From IMG/VR virus record IMGVR_UViG_3300000530_000004, positions 1 through 61,971 of that record: 61,971 nt of DNA; one strand, written 5' to 3'. Shown one piece after another: positions 43,993 through 52,698 of the stretch. How positions within the stretch are numbered: the stretch's first letter is position 1; each line of letters begins with the position of its first letter. The notes under the pieces are model-generated. The model had not been told where the DNA came from and did not search any database. It saw only the letters and a program-made list of their open reading frames with translations. A program made the translations under genes and the position numbers. Origin of the DNA: a virus (Duplodnaviria; Caudoviricetes).

Positions 43993-46417
43993 TGAGTTAA
44001 CAGATAAAGAACTTGAGTTTCTTGCTAATAACTTAGACAAGTTTAGTGAAGTTGACGCTGAAGAGTTAGAAGTAATCTTAGATGAAATAGAAAAACGTCA
44101 GAGCGCTGAGCGTTGCCGCAACGACTTAATTGAGTTTTGTAAGCGTATTCAGCCGGATTATAAGGTGGGTAAACACCATAGACGCCTTGCAGATTTATTA
44201 ATGGGTCTCGCTGCTGGTACTGAGACACGTGTTTGCGTGAACATGCCCCCTCGTCATGGTAAATCTCAGCTTGTTTCTATCTATTTCCCTGCATGGTTTC
44301 TAGGTAAGTACCCTGATAAAAAGGTGCTGATGGTGTCACATACAACCGACCTTGCGGTGGACTTTGGTCGGAAAGTGAGGAATTTAATTGATACTCCAGT
44401 ATATAAAGAGATATTTCCTACAGTTGCCCTTGCTCTGGATAATAAATCTGCTGGTCGTTGGAATACTAACGTTGGTGGGGAGTATTTTGCTTGTGGTGTT
44501 GGGTCTGCCTTGGCTGGTCGTGGAGCGGACTTATTATTGGTGGATGACCCGCACAACGAACAAGACATAATTAACGGTAACTTTGATGTATTCGACAAGG
44601 CTTACGAGTGGTTTACTTATGGTGCTCGTACACGTCTTATGCCTAATGGCCGTGTGGCTATCGTGCAGTGTATGGTCGGAGATACTCAGGTTTTAATGGG
44701 AGATGGTACAGAAAAAGACCTTAAAGATATTAAAGTTGGGGACATAGTAGCTACTTATGATGCTGGGAAATTAAGTACATCTAGAGTACTAAATCATCAG
44801 TCAAACGGTATTGATCGCATATTTACAATCAAGACAACCTCACGTATACTACAAGCTAATGAAAGACATCCGTTTCTTGTACAAACTAGTGAGGGGCAAA
44901 AATGGGTACGGCTGAAAAACTTGAAACAGGGGGATACACTTGTATCGTTGAAGGGTGTGGGAGACCAAGTAGAGCAACAACAAAACCTAGTAAATGCCGA
45001 GCCTGCCAATCTAAAGACAGTTACCATAAAAAACACCCAGAGGCTCCACGCAGAGAACTTGGGCATTGGGGGAAATATAAAGGTAAAACCTGTATTGCAG
45101 ATGGTTGTGAACAACCAGCAAAGATTAAAGGATTGTGTAACTCGCACTATAACAAAACTAATTGGGCCTCTGGACATTGGCGCAGAAGCGCGGACAAAAA
45201 TAGAACTGCGCACCTTAAGCACCGATACGGCATCACGATGGAAGAGCATGATACGCTTCTTGCAAAACAAGGTGGTGTCTGTGCTATCTGTAAGCAGCCG
45301 CCAACTAAAGAAAATACCCGCGCTCATTGGAATGGAAAATTATGTGTTGACCACTGTCACGACACCGGAAAAGTCCGGGGGCTTTTATGTAATGACTGCA
45401 ACCTCGCGGTTGGATACGCAAAAACTAGAAATACCGCCCTTGCAGTTGCAGAGTATATCGGACTTCACGATAGACACGATTGAGTCTATAGAATACGCAG
45501 GGGAAGCAGAAGTATTTGATATTCAGGTCGAACACACTGAAAACTTCATTGCTAATGGAGTAGTTTCTCATAATACTAGATGGCACCAAGACGATTTAAC
45601 AGGTCGTGTCGTGCGAGACATGACTCAGAATGAAGAAGCTGATCAGTATGAGATTGTTGAGTTCCCTGCAATATTTAATGAGAACAGTGCGAATGAAAAA
45701 GCACTCTGGCCTGAACAATATTCCTTACAAGCACTGCGACAGACCAAGGCTTCTATGCCTGTGTTTCAGTGGAACGCACAGTACCAACAAAATCCCACAG
45801 CAGAAGAAGCATCTGTTATAAAGAGAGAGTGGTGGCAGATATGGAAAGGTGAGAATCCACCTCCATGTGAGTATTTAATAATGACACTTGATGCCGCTGC
45901 AGAAACTCATAACCGTGCCGACTACACTGCACTAACAACGTGGGGGGTGTTTTTAAATGAAGAAACCGACGCCTATAACGTTATTCTCCTCAACAGTATT
46001 AAGCGACGAGTGGAGTTCACTGAGCTTAAAGAGCTTGCGATTAACGAGTACACCGAGTGGCAACCTGACGCTTTCATTGTCGAGAAAAAGTCTTCCGGTA
46101 CGCCTCTCTATCAAGAACTACGACGAACTGGGATGCCCGTACTGGAGTATACTCCCCACAGAGGATCAGGGGATAAATTAGCCCGTTTAAATAGTGTGGC
46201 AGATATTGTGAAGTCAGGATTAGTGTGGGTTCCTGAGACTCGTTGGGCTGAGGAGTTAGTTGAGGAAGTAGCGGGGTTTCCCTTTATGTCGCACGATGAC
46301 TTAGTAGATACGACTTCCATGGCTCTCATGCGATTTAGACAAGGTGGGTTTATTAGGCTACCATCTGATGAACCTGATGAAGTTCAGTACTTTAAACGTA
46401 AGCGGTCTTATTATTAA
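43976..46417 (+). CDS. terL: Terminase large subunit containing an intein
   Basis: MPPRHGKS Walker A, LLVDDP Walker B, IVQ|TRWH motif split by the intein; nuclease LDAA...HDDLVD. Confidence 0.95.
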   Translation: MQTALDELTDKELEFLANNLDKFSEVDAEELEVILDEIEKRQSAERCRNDLIEFCKRIQPDYKVGKHHRRLADLLMGLAAGTETRVCVNMPPRHGKSQLVSIYFPAWFLGKYPDKKVLMVSHTTDLAVDFGRKVRNLIDTPVYKEIFPTVALALDNKSAGRWNTNVGGEYFACGVGSALAGRGADLLLVDDPHNEQDIINGNFDVFDKAYEWFTYGARTRLMPNGRVAIVQCMVGDTQVLMGDGTEKDLKDIKVGDIVATYDAGKLSTSRVLNHQSNGIDRIFTIKTTSRILQANERHPFLVQTSEGQKWVRLKNLKQGDTLVSLKGVGDQVEQQQNLVNAEPANLKTVTIKNTQRLHAENLGIGGNIKVKPVLQMVVNNQQRLKDCVTRTITKLIGPLDIGAEARTKIELRTLSTDTASRWKSMIRFLQNKVVSVLSVSSRQLKKIPALIGMENYVLTTVTTPEKSGGFYVMTATSRLDTQKLEIPPLQLQSISDFTIDTIESIEYAGEAEVFDIQVEHTENFIANGVVSHNTRWHQDDLTGRVVRDMTQNEEADQYEIVEFPAIFNENSANEKALWPEQYSLQALRQTKASMPVFQWNAQYQQNPTAEEASVIKREWWQIWKGENPPPCEYLIMTLDAAAETHNRADYTALTTWGVFLNEETDAYNVILLNSIKRRVEFTELKELAINEYTEWQPDAFIVEKKSSGTPLYQELRRTGMPVLEYTPHRGSGDKLARLNSVADIVKSGLVWVPETRWAEELVEEVAGFPFMSHDDLVDTTSMALMRFRQGGFIRLPSDEPDEVQYFKRKRSYY
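44669..45574 (+). mobile_element. Intein (302 aa) in TerL
   Basis: Begins CMVGDTQVLMGDG..IKVGD; block B ANERHPFLV; ends VFDIQVEHTENFIANGVVSHN followed by Thr+1. Confidence 0.95.
44902..45483 (+). CDS. Endonuclease VII-type (His-Me finger) nuclease overprinted in the -1 frame inside the TerL intein
   Basis: SD GAGGGG at 44891-44896; CIVEGC and CIADGC...GLCNSHY zinc motifs; RYGIT..QGGVCAIC..LCVDHCHDTGKVRGLLCNDCNLAVG. Confidence 0.92.
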   Translation: MGTAEKLETGGYTCIVEGCGRPSRATTKPSKCRACQSKDSYHKKHPEAPRRELGHWGKYKGKTCIADGCEQPAKIKGLCNSHYNKTNWASGHWRRSADKNRTAHLKHRYGITMEEHDTLLAKQGGVCAICKQPPTKENTRAHWNGKLCVDHCHDTGKVRGLLCNDCNLAVGYAKTRNTALAVAEYIGLHDRHD

Positions 46418-46426
46418 GGATAAACC

Positions 46427-49009
46427 ATGGCATCTAATATAGATAAGGGCTTATATGCAGCCCCACAAGGCATACAGGATCTAGCAGATCAGAGTGAGCC
46501 ACTACAAATTGAGATTGAGGATCCTGAAAGTGTCACGTTAGCAAATGGTGACATGGAGATAACTATTACTCCTGATCGTGGGGATGAAGGTAGCGATTTT
46601 AACGATAACTTAGCTGAGTATTTAACAGATGGTGAGTTAGCACAGTTAGCCGGCGACTTATTAGGTGACTTTGAAGCTGATGTGGCTTCACGTAAAGATT
46701 GGATTGATACATTCGTTGAAGGTATTGAGTTACTTGGTCTTAGTATAGAAGAACGTGCTGAACCATGGGAAGGTGCGTGTGGTGTGTATCACCCCATATT
46801 GGCCGAAGCAGTTGTTAAGTTTCAGGCTGAGACAATGATGTCTATCTTCCCAGCAGCGGGACCCGTGCGTACATTAATTATTGGTAACGAGACACCGGAC
46901 AAAAAAGAAGCGGCTGAGCGTGTTCAAGATGACATGAACTATCAGTTAACTGAAGTGATGCCTGAGTATCGCCCTGAAACAGAACGTATGTTATGGGGTT
47001 TAGCATTAGCCGGTAATGCGTTTAAAAAAGTTTATTACGATCCGGGCTTAGAGCGACAAGTTGCTATGTATGTCCCAGCAGAAGATATTGTGGTGCCTTA
47101 CGGAGCATCGGATCTTGCCTCAAGTCCTCGTATAACACATGTTATGAGGAAGACAGAGAACGAACTAAAACTTCTTCAGGTGTCCGGTTTCTATAAAGAT
47201 GTTGACCTAGGAGAGCCTGTTAACATCTTAGATGATGTTGAGAAGAAAATCGCAGAGAAAATGGGCTTCAGAGCCACTGCAGATGACCGGTTTAAGATCT
47301 TAGAAATGCATGTAAACCTAGATTTACCGGGATTTGAAGACAAAGATGAAGACGGAAACTTAACTGGAATAGCTCTTCCTTATATTGTAACCATTGAAAA
47401 AGGTACCCAAACAGTACTTGCAATACGTAGAAACTGGAAAGAAGACGACGAAACACGTCAAAAACGTCAGCATTTTGTCCATTATGGGTACGTTCCAGCC
47501 TTTGGTTTCTACTGTTTTGGGCTAATTCATCTGATTGGTGGGTATGCTAAGTCGGGAACATCGCTTATTAGACAGTTAGTTGATGCAGGTACGCTATCTA
47601 ACCTACCCGGAGGGTTTAAAGCACGTGGATTACGTGTAAAAGGTGATGATACACCGATATCACCGGGAGAATGGAGGGATGTTGACATCCCATCAGGAGC
47701 GTTACGTGATAACTTGTTACCACTACCATATAAAGAGCCTAGTCAGACCTTAATGGCCCTGTTAAATCAGATCATTGATGAGGGTAGACGCTTCGCAAGT
47801 ACCACAGATTTGCAGTTATCTGACATGTCTGCACAGGCACCGGTTGGAACAACGTTGGCGATTCTAGAGAGAACGCTGAAAGTCATGTCTGCTGTACAGG
47901 CTCGTGTACATTTCTCACTAAAACAAGAGTTAAAACTACTTAAAGTTATCATCGCTGACTACACACCTGACTCATATGACTATGATCCAGTAGATGGCCC
48001 ACGACGTGCGAAGAAATCTGACTACGATAACATTGATGTTATCCCTGTTTCTGACCCTAACGCTAGCACAATGGCGCAAAAGATCGTGCAGTATCAGGCA
48101 GTTTTACAGTTAGCGCAGACAGCACCACAGCTTTATAACTTACCGCTATTACATCGTCAGATGTTAGATGTTTTGGGTATTAAAGACGCACAAAAACTTG
48201 TGCAGTTGCCGGATGATCAGTTGCCGACAGACCCAGTAACAGAGAATCAGAACATCTTGATGATGAAGCCGGTGAAAGCATTTGCATATCAGGATCATCA
48301 GTCGCATATCACAGTACATATGTCTGCTATGCAGGATCCGAAAATACAGCAGATGTTAGCAGGAAACCCGATGGCACCAATGCTGCAGCAAGCAATGATG
48401 GCGCACATCAACGAGCACTTAGGATTCCAGTATCGCATTGAGATACAGAATCAGTTGGGCTTCTCTATGCCACCACAACAAGACGATGTATGGTCGCAAG
48501 AGCAAGATTTACAGTTGTCCCCACAAGATGAAGCACGTCTATCCCCTCTCTTGGCTCAAGCAGCACAGCGACTCTTGGCACAGAACCAAGCGCAAGTTGC
48601 ACAGCAACAAGCTCAACAGCAAGCACAAGATCCGATGGTTCAGATGCAACAACAAGAACTTCAGATCAAGCAAGCCGAGCAGCAGCGTAAAGCTCAGAAA
48701 GATCAGATGGACTCTCAATTGGCTCAAGCCAAACTTGCCGCTGACTCTATGTTGAAAAACAAACAGATTCAAGTGGAAGCAATGAAAGCTGCTGGACAAA
48801 TTAAACAGTCTAAAGCCGATAGAAATGTGGATGCACTACAAGCTGCTGGACAAGTTAAACAGCAGCAAGCTGATAGAAACATGGAAGCACTTAAAGCTGT
48901 AGCGCAGATGGAGCACGAGAAGAAAATGCAGCAGCGCGACAATGCGTTGGACTTACTAAAGCATGAAGACTTACTCAACCAACCACAGGGACAACCTAAA
49001 GGAGAATGA
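46427..49009 (+). CDS. Portal protein (P22-like, with long C-terminal coiled-coil barrel)
   Basis: Follows TerL; 860 aa; GNAFKKVY motif; Gln-rich C-terminal helix. Confidence 0.85.
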   Translation: MASNIDKGLYAAPQGIQDLADQSEPLQIEIEDPESVTLANGDMEITITPDRGDEGSDFNDNLAEYLTDGELAQLAGDLLGDFEADVASRKDWIDTFVEGIELLGLSIEERAEPWEGACGVYHPILAEAVVKFQAETMMSIFPAAGPVRTLIIGNETPDKKEAAERVQDDMNYQLTEVMPEYRPETERMLWGLALAGNAFKKVYYDPGLERQVAMYVPAEDIVVPYGASDLASSPRITHVMRKTENELKLLQVSGFYKDVDLGEPVNILDDVEKKIAEKMGFRATADDRFKILEMHVNLDLPGFEDKDEDGNLTGIALPYIVTIEKGTQTVLAIRRNWKEDDETRQKRQHFVHYGYVPAFGFYCFGLIHLIGGYAKSGTSLIRQLVDAGTLSNLPGGFKARGLRVKGDDTPISPGEWRDVDIPSGALRDNLLPLPYKEPSQTLMALLNQIIDEGRRFASTTDLQLSDMSAQAPVGTTLAILERTLKVMSAVQARVHFSLKQELKLLKVIIADYTPDSYDYDPVDGPRRAKKSDYDNIDVIPVSDPNASTMAQKIVQYQAVLQLAQTAPQLYNLPLLHRQMLDVLGIKDAQKLVQLPDDQLPTDPVTENQNILMMKPVKAFAYQDHQSHITVHMSAMQDPKIQQMLAGNPMAPMLQQAMMAHINEHLGFQYRIEIQNQLGFSMPPQQDDVWSQEQDLQLSPQDEARLSPLLAQAAQRLLAQNQAQVAQQQAQQQAQDPMVQMQQQELQIKQAEQQRKAQKDQMDSQLAQAKLAADSMLKNKQIQVEAMKAAGQIKQSKADRNVDALQAAGQVKQQQADRNMEALKAVAQMEHEKKMQQRDNALDLLKHEDLLNQPQGQPKGE

Positions 49010-49200
49010 TGGACTATTTAGATTATTTAATAAATCAGTATGTTGAGCGAATGGACTTCCTAACAAAAGGAATAGCCACGGGTAACTTAACTTCTTTTGA
49101 TGAATACAAATACGTGTGTGGTCAGTTACGGGGCCTTGAGGCTGCATGCGGTGTAATTAAGGACCTCAAAGATAGATTGGAGAACTCGGACAATGAGTGA
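49006..49200 (+). CDS. Small head-module protein
   Basis: YKYVCGQLRGL motif; RBS AAGGAG. Confidence 0.65.
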   Translation: MMDYLDYLINQYVERMDFLTKGIATGNLTSFDEYKYVCGQLRGLEAACGVIKDLKDRLENSDNE

Positions 49201-49600
49201 TTTAAACCTTGCACAGGCCGTTGACTTAACAGCTGTACTGCAAAAAACTGTAGAAGAGAGGGCGAAACAACTGCCCAAACCATCTGGATATCGTATTCTC
49301 TGCGCCATACCGGAAGCAGATAAAGAATTTGAAAGCGGTATTCTTAAGTCAGATGAAACGATGCGCATTGAGGAGACACTTTCCACAGTGTTATTCGTAG
49401 TCGAATTAGGTCCTGATTGTTATAAAGATACCTCACGCTTCCCTACCGGTCCATGGTGTAAGCAGGGTGACTTTATTTTAGTTAGACCTAACGCAGGGAC
49501 ACGTCTTGTTATTCACGGTCGTGAGTTTCGTATTATTAATGATGATTCTGTTGAGGGTACAGTTGAAGATCCTCGTGGAATCAAGCGTAAATTTATTTAA
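49193..49600 (+). CDS. GroES-like co-chaperonin
   Basis: PSGYRIL...ESGIL...VVELGP...KQGDFIL...GREFRIINDDSVEGTV. Confidence 0.85.
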   Translation: MSDLNLAQAVDLTAVLQKTVEERAKQLPKPSGYRILCAIPEADKEFESGILKSDETMRIEETLSTVLFVVELGPDCYKDTSRFPTGPWCKQGDFILVRPNAGTRLVIHGREFRIINDDSVEGTVEDPRGIKRKFI

Positions 49601-49611
49601 GGAGAGCGGAC

Positions 49612-50562
49612 ATGGCTGAGATGGACGAATTTAAATTCCCCGATGAGCTAAATGAACCCATTACTTTGGGGGGAGATGATAACGAATTTGATATTGAGGT
49701 TGAAGATGATACCCCTGAAGAAGATCGTGGGCGTAGCGCATCAGACCCCGATAAAGTTAAACAACTAGAGATTGAGGTCGATGACCTTGATAAATATAGT
49801 AAAGATGCTAAAGACAAGCTAATTAAAATGAAGCGTGTTTGGCATGATGAGCGTCGTGCTAAAGAGCAAGCTCTACGTGAACAGCAAGCTGCATTTGAAG
49901 CTGCACAAATGTTACTTAACGAAAATCAACGCATCAAAGCAATGCTTGAGTCTGGTAGTAAAGACTATAAAGATGCTATAGAGCAAGCTGCTGAGTTAAA
50001 ACTCAAAGCTGCTGAGAAAGCATATAAAGCCGCCCATGAAGCAGGTGATACTGAAGCGTTGCTAGAAGCACAGAAAGCAATGAATAAAGCATTGCGTAAA
50101 ATGGAGAAAGCAAAAGAATTTAAGCTACCTCCTTTACAAAATGATAATTTTCAGGTACAACAATCTCAACAGGTTCAACAAGTACCACAGCCTGATCAAC
50201 GTGTAATGCGTTGGCAACAGGAAAATCCTTGGTTCGGACAAGACAAGGAGATGACTGCAGCAGCATTAGGGCTTCACGAGAAGTTACGTGATCAAGGTGT
50301 AGTAGTTGGATCCGAAGATTACTATGCAGCGTTAGACAATACAATGCGTAGACGTTTCAGCGATTACTTCGGTGACGCTGATAGTACGACCCCACAAAAA
50401 GCGGACAAGCCTAAAACAAGGTCAGCAACTAATGTAGCACCGGCAACTCGGTCGACAGCACCGAAAAAAGTCGTGCTCAAGAAATCTCAGGTAGCGCTAA
50501 TTCAAAAACTTGGCATCACTCCTGAGCAATATGTCCGTGAATTTTTAAAAGTGGGGTCCTAA
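49612..50562 (+). CDS. Scaffolding protein
   Basis: Acidic N-terminus, coiled coil, NPWFG and LGITPEQY motifs; upstream of the capsid genes. Confidence 0.7.
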   Translation: MAEMDEFKFPDELNEPITLGGDDNEFDIEVEDDTPEEDRGRSASDPDKVKQLEIEVDDLDKYSKDAKDKLIKMKRVWHDERRAKEQALREQQAAFEAAQMLLNENQRIKAMLESGSKDYKDAIEQAAELKLKAAEKAYKAAHEAGDTEALLEAQKAMNKALRKMEKAKEFKLPPLQNDNFQVQQSQQVQQVPQPDQRVMRWQQENPWFGQDKEMTAAALGLHEKLRDQGVVVGSEDYYAALDNTMRRRFSDYFGDADSTTPQKADKPKTRSATNVAPATRSTAPKKVVLKKSQVALIQKLGITPEQYVREFLKVGS

Positions 50563-50563
50563 A

Positions 50564-51013
50564 ATGGCTGAAAACAGAGTAAGCAGAGAAGTACAAAATC
50601 GTGAGTTTGCTGAGCGTCCCAAGCAGTGGATGCCTGCTGAACTTTTACCCGAGCCAGACAAGCAGCCGGGTTTTGAATACCGCTGGATAAGGGTTTCTAC
50701 CTTAAACGCAGCTGATCCTCGTAATTTCTCCAGCAAAATCCGTGAAGGTTATGAGCCAGTTCGTATTGAAGAGCAACCTAAATTCAAACTGCTAGTTGAT
50801 CCTAATAGTAGATACAAAGATGGTATCGAAATTGGTGGTCTTTTACTATGTAAAATCCCTGAAGAATTTGTTAAACAGCGTAATGCGTACTATCGCAGTC
50901 AGTCTGATCAACAAGTAGAAGCAGTGGACAATACACTCATGCGCCAAAGCGATCCTAGGATGCCACTCTTTAATGAGCGTAAATCTTCGGTAAGTTTTGG
51001 TAAAGGTTCTTAA
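50564..51013 (+). CDS. Head-module hypothetical protein
   Basis: YRWIRVS...REGYEPV...GGLLLCKIP. Confidence 0.65.
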   Translation: MAENRVSREVQNREFAERPKQWMPAELLPEPDKQPGFEYRWIRVSTLNAADPRNFSSKIREGYEPVRIEEQPKFKLLVDPNSRYKDGIEIGGLLLCKIPEEFVKQRNAYYRSQSDQQVEAVDNTLMRQSDPRMPLFNERKSSVSFGKGS

Positions 51014-51035
51014 CTAATTAATCTAGGAGTATAAA

Positions 51036-51662
51036 ATGGCTTATCCCATCGTTAACGCTCCCTACGGCTTCAAGCCCTTGAACCGCATTGATGGTTTGCC
51101 CTATGCAGGTGCTACCAAACTATTGCCAATTCAAGCAAGCTACGCTACCCCAATTTTTAATGGTGACGTAGTGGCTTATGCCTTGGGTGGAATTGTAAAA
51201 TCCGCAGTAACAACCGACTCAACAACTTCAGCTGCTGACTATACCTTTGGTGTATTCATGGGTTGTCAGTATGTAAACAGCTTAGGTCAAACTGTTCAAG
51301 CTCAGTATTTCCCCGGCTATGGTTCAGGTGTATCTAATGCTTATGCATATGTTGTAGCTGATCCAAGTGCTGAGTTTAAAGTTGCTGTTACTACCTCTGC
51401 TAGCGCTATTATTGCTACCACAGCTAATGCTATTGGTACAAACGTAGCTGTAGTTCAAGGTACTGGAAGCACCGTAACCGGTGATTCTGGACAGTCCGTA
51501 TTACAACCTACTTCAGGTTCAGGTTCTGCTGCTGCATTACCTTTCCGTGTTGTTGAGGTTGTTCCCGCAACCGCTACAGGCCCCAATGCTTATGTGGAAT
51601 TAATTGTAAAATTAAACAACCCACAAATCACTGGCGCTGCTGAAGCTTTAAACTTCGCATAA
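51036..51662 (+). CDS. Minor capsid / head decoration protein
   Basis: NAPYGFKP and IFNGDVV motifs; immediately upstream of the major capsid gene. Confidence 0.65.
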   Translation: MAYPIVNAPYGFKPLNRIDGLPYAGATKLLPIQASYATPIFNGDVVAYALGGIVKSAVTTDSTTSAADYTFGVFMGCQYVNSLGQTVQAQYFPGYGSGVSNAYAYVVADPSAEFKVAVTTSASAIIATTANAIGTNVAVVQGTGSTVTGDSGQSVLQPTSGSGSAAALPFRVVEVVPATATGPNAYVELIVKLNNPQITGAAEALNFA

Positions 51663-51674
51663 GGAGCTACTTAA

Positions 51675-52583
51675 ATGGCTATTTCACGCGCACAACTATT
51701 GAAAGAATTGCTCCCCGGATTGAACGCTTTGTTCGGTTTGGAATACGCTAAGTATGGCGAAGAGCATAAAGAGATCTATGAGATCGAAACCTCAGAACGT
51801 AGCTTTGAAGAAGAAACCAAGTTATCAGGATTTAGTGCTGCCCCAGTTAAAAACGAAGGCTCACCAATTGCTTATGACAATGGTCAAGAAGCTTGGACTG
51901 CTCGATATACACATGAAACGATTGCTCAGGGCTTCAGCTTAACTGAAGAAGCGATTGAAGATAACTTGTATGACTCCTTGTCTGCTCGTTATACAAAAGC
52001 TTTAGCACGTTCCATGGCTTATACCAAGCAAGTTAAAGCTGCATCTGTATTGAACAACGGTTTCACCTCCGGTTATAACGGTGGTGACGGTGTACCATTG
52101 TTCTCAAATGCACACCCATTGGTTTCTGGTGGATCTAACAGCAACATTCCTTCAACCCCAGCTGACTTGAACGAAACTTCATTGGAAAATGCAGTTATTC
52201 AAATCTCTCTGTGGACTGATGAACGTAGTCTGTTGATCGCTGCTAAGCCACGTAAGTTAATCGTTCCACCTGCACTACAGTTCGTTGCAACCCGCTTGCT
52301 CGAAACTGAATTACGTGTTGGTACAAACGACAACGATATCAACGCGTTGAAAAACAACGGATCTGTACCTGAAGGTTATACAATTAACCACTTCTTGACT
52401 GATCCTAACGCTTGGTTCTTGACGACTGACGTACCTAACGGCATGAAACACTTTGTTCGTGTTCCATTGCAAAACTCCATGGATGGAGATTTTGACACCG
52501 GTAACGTAAGATATAAAGCCCGTGAGAGATACTCGTTCGGATGGTCGGACCCGTTGGGCATGTATGGTTCTGCTGGCGCTTAA
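51675..52583 (+). CDS. Major capsid protein (HK97 fold)
   Basis: MAISRAQLLKELLPGLNALFG, PRKLIVPP and YKARERYSFGWSD; strong RBS; followed by a terminator. Confidence 0.9.
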   Translation: MAISRAQLLKELLPGLNALFGLEYAKYGEEHKEIYEIETSERSFEEETKLSGFSAAPVKNEGSPIAYDNGQEAWTARYTHETIAQGFSLTEEAIEDNLYDSLSARYTKALARSMAYTKQVKAASVLNNGFTSGYNGGDGVPLFSNAHPLVSGGSNSNIPSTPADLNETSLENAVIQISLWTDERSLLIAAKPRKLIVPPALQFVATRLLETELRVGTNDNDINALKNNGSVPEGYTINHFLTDPNAWFLTTDVPNGMKHFVRVPLQNSMDGDFDTGNVRYKARERYSFGWSDPLGMYGSAGA

Positions 52584-52607
52584 GCTAGTATAATCAAGTA
52601 GTTACAC

Positions 52608-52630
52608 GGGGGGCTTCGGCCCCCTTTTTT
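52608..52630 (+). terminator. Rho-independent terminator after the capsid gene
   Basis: GGGGGC-TTCG-GCCCCC-TTTTTT. Confidence 0.9.
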
Positions 52631-52698
52631 ATTTTTGTTGTTTTTATTTGTACTTTTTGGTACATTACGTATTAAGTAGTTTTATATCGGAGATACAA

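Noticed and set aside
44797-45327. 176-aa antisense ORF within the TerL intein
   Set aside because: It has no recognisable motifs or RBS and is probably a by-product of the dual-coding constraint on the sense strand.
44669-45574. Sequencing frameshifts as the cause of the out-of-frame intein nucleases
   Set aside because: This would need paired compensating errors in two genes while leaving both frames stop-free for about 580-740 nt. The TerL case also has a dedicated SD. A read-level check is still advisable.
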